DNA of 41,223 nucleotides from a virus: UHGV virus genome UHGV-0388930; one strand, 5' to 3'. Shown piece by piece: positions 34,409 to 41,223 of this stretch (position 1 is its first letter; each line of letters starts with the position of its first letter). The notes under the pieces were generated by a model. It saw only the letters and a program-made list of their open reading frames with translations, ran no database searches and was not told where the DNA came from. The position numbers and the translations under genes were made by a program.

Positions 34409-37400
34409 GAGGTGGTATCGTGGCTGACAGCGTAGGCCAGATTGGCCTTGACCTTGTGGTCAACCAGAATCAATTCAAGCAGCAGATGGCGGGCATCCAG
34501 TCCATGGCTAAAAAGGCTGGACTGGCCCTGGCGGCTGCATTTTCGGTTAAAAAGATATGGGACTTCGGCGCGGCCTGTGTGGAGCTGGGGAGTGACCTGG
34601 CGGAAGTCCAGAACGTGGTGGATGTCACGTTTCCGCGGATGTCCAAACAGGTGGATGACTTTGCTAAGAACGCCATAACCTCCTTCGGCCTGTCCGAGAC
34701 CATGGCTAAGAAATTCACGGGTACATTCGGTGCGATGGCCAAGGCATTCGGCTTTGGTGAGCAGCAGGCCTATGAAATGGCCACTGCTTTGACTGGACTG
34801 TCCGGTGATGTGGCATCATTCTATAACATCAGCCAGGATGAAGCATATACAAAGCTGAAGTCTGTTTTTACGGGCGAGACCGAATCCCTGAAGGACTTAG
34901 GCATTGTCATGACCCAGAGCGCCCTGGACAGTTATGCCCTGGCCAATGGTTTTGGGAAGACCACGGCCAAAATGTCAGAAATGGAAAAGGTGGCCCTGCG
35001 GTACAAGTTCGTGCAGGACCAGCTGACATTGGCCTCCGGGGACTTCATCCGGACGGGGGACGGCTGGGCTAACCAGGTACGTGTCCTGAAGCTGCAGTTT
35101 GACAGCCTCAAGGCCACAATCGGTCAGGGGCTGATTAATGTCCTGACCCCGGTCATCCAGGTAATCAACCGCATCATCAGTAAGCTGATGAGCCTGGCCA
35201 ATGCATTCAGGGCCTTCACGGAGATGGTGACTGGGAAGAAGGGCGGTGGAGGTGCATCCGCGGCCACGGCCGGTATGGATGCAATGGCGCAGTCTGCTGA
35301 TAAGGCTGGGGTAGCCGCTGGAGGGGCAGGCAGTGCCGCTAAGAAAGCCGCCAAGGACATGAAGAATGCCACCACGGGGATTGATGAACTCAATATCATT
35401 AACCCTGATACGGATTCCGGTAGTGGAGGCTCCGGAGGCGGTGCAGATGGTGGTTACGCCGCGGATGAATTCGACATGGGCGAACTTGATACATCAGCCG
35501 TGGATGAGATGGACAGCAAGTATGCAGGGGTGATTGAAAAGGCCAATGAACTTAAGAACCTGTTCATGGCAGGGTTCAAGGTCGGATTTGGCGACATGAG
35601 CGTCCTGGACAGCATGAAGGAGTCCATCCAGGGTATCAAGGACAGCCTGACGGATATCTTCACATCCCCAGAGGTAGAACAGGCCGCCACCCGGTTCACT
35701 AACATCCTGGCCATCAACCTGGGCAGGATTGCAGGCTCCATGGCAAGCATCGGGGCGTCCATAGCGGATAACCTGCTGGGAGGAATCAGCCTGTTTCTGC
35801 AGCAGGATAAGGAACGGATTCAGGAATATCTGATTAGTATGTTTGATATCGGGGCAAGGGATGTAGAAATCACTGGGAATCTGTGGAAAGCCTTATCAAC
35901 GGTATTTTCGTCCCTTCGTAGCAAAAGTGCAAAACAGATAACGGCAGATATTGTTGGGATATTTGCTGAAGTATTCATGGGTATTACGGAACTGGCCCTT
36001 ACGTTTGGAACGGATGTAAGGGATATGATAACGGCCCCGTTTATCGAAAACGCAGATTATATAAGGACAACGCTGGAGGATACCTTTAGTGCGGTTGAGC
36101 CGATATTTTCAGCAATAAAGGATTTGGTTGCTGATACATTCTCCAAAATAGGCAGCTTCTATGACGAACATATCGCTCCTATGTTGATGACTTTCAAGCA
36201 AGGGTTCACGGAAATCGGCACCCTGCTGCTTGATGTCTACAACACATATTTCCTGCCGGTATTACAGAACCTGTCATCTCGATTCGTTGAATTTAAGGAC
36301 CAGTATCTGAGTCCCTTGATTGATAAGTTCTTAGAATTCGGTGGTAAAGTAGCCGATGCGGTCACCAAATTGTGGACCGGGGTCATACAGCCATTCATTG
36401 AATGGTTCATAACCAATGTAGCACCAGTGATAGCGGCTAATCTGCAGGCGGCTATTGACACCTTTTTCACCTTCTGGGAAGCTGTTTCGGGAGTAATTGA
36501 AGGACTCCTGACGGCACTTGGCGGTGTGATTGACTTTGTGACCGGGGTATTTACCGGGGATTGGAGTCTGGCCTGGGAAGGCATAAAGGAAATCTTCTCA
36601 GGAATATGGGAAGCGCTTAAGGAATTGATATCAGGTGCGGTAGAGTACATCGCGAGTGTTATCAACCAGAAATGGACAGAGATATCAGGCATAACCAGCA
36701 CTATATGGAACGGTGTCAAGGCGCTGCTTAATGTAATCTGGAATTGGCTTAAGTCTCTGGCTGGCAGTCTATTTGATGCAATAAAGACCACAATCAGCAC
36801 GGCCTGGGAGAACGTTAAGGCCAAGACATCCGAGATATGGGAAAGTATCAAGGAATTTGTTTCAGGCCTGTGGGATACAATCAAGACGGCAGTGGATGAG
36901 AAGTTCACGGCCATGAAGGACGCGATTACCGGTGCATGGGACACGGTGAAGGAAAAGACAAAGGAAACCTGGGACGGCATCTGGGAGGACATAAAGGGCA
37001 TCATCAACATGATTATCGATGGCGTGGAGAACATGACCAATAGGGTCATTGATGCAATCAATGCCATGATAGAGGCAGTGAATGATGTTGCCGATAAAAT
37101 ACCGGGTATTGGGGCGGAGCTTATCCCCAAGATACCAAACATCCACCTCCCACGTCTGGCACAGGGCGGGTTTGTCCGTGCCAACACGCCGCAGCTGGCC
37201 ATGATTGGTGATAACCGACATCATGGTGAGATTGTGGCTCCTGAGGACAAGATGCAGGAAATGGTTGACCGGGCAGTGGCCCTGGCCTCCCAGCAGAATG
37301 GCAGCAACATGAGTGAGTACTACCTGGGCATGATGGTGGAACTACTGAGGAACATCATAGACCTGATTGAGCGGATGGACCTGACGGTCAACATTGATAT

Positions 37401-37467
37401 CCGGGAAATCAAGAAAAAGCTGGTCGAACTGGATAAGCGCAGCGGTTACTCATTTGGAAGTACATAA
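34399..37467 (+). CDS. Tail tape measure protein
   Basis: 1022 aa, helical/repetitive, Gly-rich segment; likely true start GTG ~34420 after AGGAGGTGG. Confidence 0.85.
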   Translation: MWIGGGIVADSVGQIGLDLVVNQNQFKQQMAGIQSMAKKAGLALAAAFSVKKIWDFGAACVELGSDLAEVQNVVDVTFPRMSKQVDDFAKNAITSFGLSETMAKKFTGTFGAMAKAFGFGEQQAYEMATALTGLSGDVASFYNISQDEAYTKLKSVFTGETESLKDLGIVMTQSALDSYALANGFGKTTAKMSEMEKVALRYKFVQDQLTLASGDFIRTGDGWANQVRVLKLQFDSLKATIGQGLINVLTPVIQVINRIISKLMSLANAFRAFTEMVTGKKGGGGASAATAGMDAMAQSADKAGVAAGGAGSAAKKAAKDMKNATTGIDELNIINPDTDSGSGGSGGGADGGYAADEFDMGELDTSAVDEMDSKYAGVIEKANELKNLFMAGFKVGFGDMSVLDSMKESIQGIKDSLTDIFTSPEVEQAATRFTNILAINLGRIAGSMASIGASIADNLLGGISLFLQQDKERIQEYLISMFDIGARDVEITGNLWKALSTVFSSLRSKSAKQITADIVGIFAEVFMGITELALTFGTDVRDMITAPFIENADYIRTTLEDTFSAVEPIFSAIKDLVADTFSKIGSFYDEHIAPMLMTFKQGFTEIGTLLLDVYNTYFLPVLQNLSSRFVEFKDQYLSPLIDKFLEFGGKVADAVTKLWTGVIQPFIEWFITNVAPVIAANLQAAIDTFFTFWEAVSGVIEGLLTALGGVIDFVTGVFTGDWSLAWEGIKEIFSGIWEALKELISGAVEYIASVINQKWTEISGITSTIWNGVKALLNVIWNWLKSLAGSLFDAIKTTISTAWENVKAKTSEIWESIKEFVSGLWDTIKTAVDEKFTAMKDAITGAWDTVKEKTKETWDGIWEDIKGIINMIIDGVENMTNRVIDAINAMIEAVNDVADKIPGIGAELIPKIPNIHLPRLAQGGFVRANTPQLAMIGDNRHHGEIVAPEDKMQEMVDRAVALASQQNGSNMSEYYLGMMVELLRNIIDLIERMDLTVNIDIREIKKKLVELDKRSGYSFGST

Positions 37468-37480
37468 GGAGGTGACGTGA

Positions 37481-37855
37481 GTGCCCATCTATATCAACGG
37501 ACATGAATACCCAAACTATGACCGGGGGCCGGGCCTGACCATTGCTACGAACGTGAACCAGGGCAAGAATGCCCTGGGGGAATTCGTAGGGCAACGCGTG
37601 GGCCGTGACCAGGATAAGATTGATGGCCTTCAATGGTCGTGCCTGGATGCGGCTACCTGGAGCAGCATCCTGAAGGAATTTGAGGAGTTCGTGGTAACGG
37701 TCAGGTTCCCGGACATGAAGAATAACTGCTGGAAGACGGAGCGCATGTACCCCGGGAACCGGACGGCCAAGATATGGGAGCTGGGCCCGGATGGCCTGCC
37801 ATCCATGTACAAGGACTGCAAGGTGAACCTGATAGACTGCGGGGTGATGGAGTAA
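37481..37855 (+). CDS. Distal tail protein-like small protein
   Basis: GTG start after AGGAGGTGA; directly after the tape measure. Confidence 0.4.
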   Translation: MPIYINGHEYPNYDRGPGLTIATNVNQGKNALGEFVGQRVGRDQDKIDGLQWSCLDAATWSSILKEFEEFVVTVRFPDMKNNCWKTERMYPGNRTAKIWELGPDGLPSMYKDCKVNLIDCGVME

Positions 37856-40116
37856 TGCAGGCAGCCAGTAATGAATATAAGGACATGATGCGCAGGAAGT
37901 GGCGGAATCCTCTTTCCCATCTGCGCATATCGATTGGCCTGATTAACCAGCAGGCCCAGGCATCGGCCTATGTCCCAGAGCCTGATGGATACACATATTA
38001 TTCCGACCTGGTGAAGCCAATGGATAACTACAGGGTACAGGAGTTATACGCAACCTGTGACCAGGACTATGCCACGGTGGATGGCAGCATGTATTTCCTT
38101 CCCAGGGATGCTGCTGACGTTGTGCTTAACCAGGGGATTGTGACAGACAGCCTGCTGGGCATCATTGAGATACATTTCCCAGTCCGATATGACATCAAGG
38201 GGCTGACCATTGAGTTCGGGAAGGCATACCCGGTGGATTTCTCCATCGTATCTGACAGCCGGACATTAGAAGTGTCCGGAAACAGCAGCGGTCATTATGT
38301 GACAGAGGAAATCTTTGAGGGAGTAACCTTCCTGCGGTTCGTGCCGGGTACCATGGTCAACGGACAGAGCCGGTTCCGCATCAACCAGATCACCATGGGT
38401 ATTGGTATTTATTTTGACAGCAAGAAAATCCTGTCTGCGACCAAAAAGGAGCATATCAGCCCGATATCTGAGGAACTGCCCACCATTGATTTTAATGTGA
38501 CGGTGGACAATAAGGACAGGGCCTATGATGTGGAGAATGAGGAGAGCACCGTAAACTTCCTGGAGATTGGTCAGAAAATCGAGGTACTTTATGGCCAGGC
38601 ACTGGACAACGGGTCTGTTGAGTGGATACCCGGGACCACGCTGGAACTGAGGTCATGGTCTGCGGATGACACTGAGATGGATTTCCAGGCATCCGATTGT
38701 TTTGACGGGATGGACGGGACCTACTATGGTGGACAGTACCATCCGGATGGCATGAGCCTGTATGACATGGCCGTGGATGTCCTGACGGACGCCCAGGTGG
38801 ATTACCGGGAATACTGGATAGACCCATACCTTAAGGATGTGATGGTGACCAACCCGATGCCGGCCGTGGCGCACAAGGAGGCCCTGCAGCTGATAGCCAA
38901 TGCAGGCCGGTGCATATTATATCAGGACAGGGACGGGAAGATATTCCTGAAGTCCAGTTTCGTGCCGGACATGACATCGGCATCCGATAATGAGGCTTAT
39001 TTTTCCCACGCATCAGCAATCCTGGATCATACCGTCAAGGATGTGTACGCCTTGTCAGGACGGGATCATTCCAGAACGGATGGAGCGGTATATTTCGTGC
39101 CAAGACAGACGGAAGGGGCTGTCTATCTGAATACGGGATACATATCAGAAGCAGTGGCCGGCACGGATGGGCTGTTCACGGATAACCCTACGGTGGGCCT
39201 GACCATGGAGGCTGCGTATAAATGTTTCGGCCTGACGCTGGAGTTTGGACGGAATTGGCCGGATATGATGGTGTTCCATGCCTACTACAATGGTATGCTG
39301 CAGGAGAATTACGTGGTTTCAGGACTCACCCAGACCCATGTGGTCAGCCATGAGTTCCCTGAATTTGACTTCATGGAACTGGAATTTGTCCAAGGCTGTC
39401 CAAACAACCGGGTTACCCTGGACAACATAACCTTCGGGGACAGCACGGATTACGTCCTGGAATATGGTGTGGAGCTGACCAAGACACCAAAGGGCACGCA
39501 GCTGGCCAGGGTCAGGGAACTGCAGGTAATACGGACCCTGTATGGCCTGAGTGCCGAGGAGCCAAAAGAACTGGCAAGGGAGACTATATCGGTGACGGCA
39601 CAGGACAACCAGTATACGTTTTACCTGACCAATCCCTCCTATGGCTTTTCTGTCGCCATCACTGAGCAATCGGAGGGGCAGACAGCAACAATCCTAAGCA
39701 GCAGTGCCTATTACGTCACGGTGGGCCTTACAGGTACCGTGGGGGCTACCGAGGTGGCGGTCATGGGTAAGGAATACATCACTACACGGACTAAGGTCAG
39801 CCGGCAGCTCAACCCGACAGGCAGCCTGGAGACGTGGGAAAACCCATTGGTATCCGGCACGCTCCATGCAGCCAATCTTGCCGACTGGATAGGGGACTAC
39901 CTCAAGTCAGACCGGGAATACGACCTGTCTTACCGTGGGGAACCTAGGATGGATGCGAATGACATTGCCTTCCTGGAAAATAAATATGTACCCGACCTCT
40001 TAATCAGGGTAACGGACCATACCCTAAAATTTAATGGCGGACTTAGCGGTACCATCAAGGCAAGGAGGGACATGAGTTATGTGGCAACAGCCAAAAACAG
40101 ACTGGCAGGCCAGTGA
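37855..40116 (+). CDS. Large tail/baseplate structural protein (Tal-like)
   Basis: 754 aa after the tape measure and distal tail gene; ATG overlaps upstream TAA. Confidence 0.5.
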   Translation: MQAASNEYKDMMRRKWRNPLSHLRISIGLINQQAQASAYVPEPDGYTYYSDLVKPMDNYRVQELYATCDQDYATVDGSMYFLPRDAADVVLNQGIVTDSLLGIIEIHFPVRYDIKGLTIEFGKAYPVDFSIVSDSRTLEVSGNSSGHYVTEEIFEGVTFLRFVPGTMVNGQSRFRINQITMGIGIYFDSKKILSATKKEHISPISEELPTIDFNVTVDNKDRAYDVENEESTVNFLEIGQKIEVLYGQALDNGSVEWIPGTTLELRSWSADDTEMDFQASDCFDGMDGTYYGGQYHPDGMSLYDMAVDVLTDAQVDYREYWIDPYLKDVMVTNPMPAVAHKEALQLIANAGRCILYQDRDGKIFLKSSFVPDMTSASDNEAYFSHASAILDHTVKDVYALSGRDHSRTDGAVYFVPRQTEGAVYLNTGYISEAVAGTDGLFTDNPTVGLTMEAAYKCFGLTLEFGRNWPDMMVFHAYYNGMLQENYVVSGLTQTHVVSHEFPEFDFMELEFVQGCPNNRVTLDNITFGDSTDYVLEYGVELTKTPKGTQLARVRELQVIRTLYGLSAEEPKELARETISVTAQDNQYTFYLTNPSYGFSVAITEQSEGQTATILSSSAYYVTVGLTGTVGATEVAVMGKEYITTRTKVSRQLNPTGSLETWENPLVSGTLHAANLADWIGDYLKSDREYDLSYRGEPRMDANDIAFLENKYVPDLLIRVTDHTLKFNGGLSGTIKARRDMSYVATAKNRLAGQ

Positions 40117-40480
40117 TTATTTCAATATCGGTGATTACAACCGCATTAAGGGCAACATCAATGAGATACGGGCCCAGGCCCTTACCCTCTGGCCGGATTT
40201 TGACTTTGAGGACATGGGGGAGGATAAGACATATCAGGATTACGGCTTCTATGCAGATGAAATTAACCGCTTTGAGGCCAATATAGACCATGTCTGTGCA
40301 GGGACATATCCTTTTGCGGTAGGGGAAAGCCGGGAGTACAGGGACAATACCCCATTCATTGATTGGCAGGAACTGAACCGGATTGAATCTGCCTGCCTGA
40401 AGATATATAGGAACATATTGGGGCGGGCGGATGGGATGAAGCGGTTGTCTTTTACATTAAACGGAGGTGCTTTTGAATGA
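40079..40480 (+). CDS. Tail-fiber-associated hypothetical protein
   Basis: 133 aa; overlaps upstream gene end. Confidence 0.4.
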   Translation: MWQQPKTDWQASDYFNIGDYNRIKGNINEIRAQALTLWPDFDFEDMGEDKTYQDYGFYADEINRFEANIDHVCAGTYPFAVGESREYRDNTPFIDWQELNRIESACLKIYRNILGRADGMKRLSFTLNGGAFE

Positions 40481-40932
40481 GTTTGAAAGTGGATTACAAA
40501 GACGATATATATGAAGGCTCCAGGCGATGGAGGATGACCCAGAACGAGGACGGGACCTATAATATATCCGATGCGACATCATATACCCAGAAGGGGGATA
40601 AATTTGGCCAGAATGATATGAACGCCATCACGGGCGAAATCAACCGCATGACCCGCGAGGTCGAACTGACCCTCCCGGCATCCGGCTGGAGTGCATCAGC
40701 CCCATATACCCAGACGGTTGATGTCCCTGGACTGAAGGAGACGGATAAGGTGCAGATGATGAGCGCAATCAAGACGGATACGGCAGTGTCAACGGCGGAT
40801 ATATGGGATAAGATGGGGGCCTTGGTTAAGGCCGGGAAGGCATTGGATGGACAGGCCGTGTTTGCATGTCCAAAAAAGAAGCCGACATCTGATTTTAACA
40901 TCAAGTTGGTGGGGGTGAGTGCAAATGAGTGA
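40477..40932 (+). CDS. Tail-fiber-associated hypothetical protein
   Basis: 151 aa; ATGA-coupled. Confidence 0.4.
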   Translation: MSLKVDYKDDIYEGSRRWRMTQNEDGTYNISDATSYTQKGDKFGQNDMNAITGEINRMTREVELTLPASGWSASAPYTQTVDVPGLKETDKVQMMSAIKTDTAVSTADIWDKMGALVKAGKALDGQAVFACPKKKPTSDFNIKLVGVSANE

Positions 40933-41223
40933 TATCTGGATACCTTATGGTGGAGGTGGGGGCGACCTTGACCAAGTGACGGCAACGGCTGCTGATGTGC
41001 GGAAGGGTAAGACGATTGTTGATAAGGATGGAAACCCCATAGGCGGCACCATGCCGGATATCGCAGGGAGGACCATCACACCGACAACATCACAGCAGAC
41101 ACTGAATGGCGGGGGTTACCTGACGGGAAATGTGGTGGTACCGGGATTCACGATGCCGCCTGCAAACGTGATAAAAAAGGGATATGTCCTCAATGTGTTT
41201 GGAATAAAGATTACAGGAAGTTT
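40925..41223 (+). CDS. Tail fiber-like protein, partial (Gly-rich N-terminus; runs out of the window through the right inverted repeat)
   Basis: ATG overlapping upstream stop; open to the window end. Confidence 0.45.
   Translation, partial: MSDIWIPYGGGGGDLDQVTATAADVRKGKTIVDKDGNPIGGTMPDIAGRTITPTTSQQTLNGGGYLTGNVVVPGFTMPPANVIKKGYVLNVFGIKITGS
41203..41223. repeat. Right copy of the 21-bp inverted terminal repeat (aataaagattacaggaagttt)
   Basis: Exact reverse complement of 1-21. Confidence 0.9.

Noticed and set aside
34442-37224. Alternative-frame and antisense ORFs inside the tape measure gene (34442-34678, 35124-35762 -, 36237-37202 -)
   Set aside because: They are embedded in a 1022-aa tape measure ORF of unmistakable character, so they are shadow frames.
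1-41223. Linear plasmid-prophage with hairpin telomeres (N15-like) as the explanation for the terminal inverted repeat
   Set aside because: No protelomerase-like gene and no ParAB partition system is present, and the genome instead carries a classical integrase/att module.

Overview
The window reads as a nearly complete, circularly permuted temperate siphovirus-like (pro)phage genome. The host is probably a Firmicutes/Clostridia-type bacterium, judging by Shine-Dalgarno GGAGG sites, choline-binding-like cell-wall repeats in the lysin and XRE/ImmA immunity genes. Gene order on the + strand is: lysis cassette (XhlA-like, holin, peptidase endolysin; 1-2.3 kb), a small AT-rich moron (putative GNAT-like two-gene module; 2.4-3.2 kb), a degenerate second copy of the lysin 3' end plus an XRE gene (3.4-4.1 kb), a repeat-rich putative att region (4.15-4.4 kb), tyrosine integrase (-), a lysogeny operon on the - strand (26-aa hydrophobic peptide, two zinc-ribbon proteins, ImmA protease, XRE repressor), the divergent cro-side promoter, early genes (Rha, ERF annealing protein, SSB, ERCC4-type nuclease, CHC2 zinc-finger primase-like plus DUF927 P-loop helicase-like protein, iteron-rich putative origin at 17.5-17.8 kb), several small Cys-rich proteins, an ArpU/sigma-like late regulator, a second AT-rich moron island (22.6-24.2 kb), terminase small and large subunits, portal, a MuF head-morphogenesis protein fused to a C-terminal HExxH domain followed by a small overlapping ORF (polymorphic-toxin/immunity-like), scaffold, major capsid, head-tail joining proteins, major tail protein, tail chaperones, tape measure and distal tail/fiber genes that run off the end. 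The window termini are a perfect 21-bp inverted repeat. All calls come from reading the ORF translations and the DNA by eye; no database search was possible.
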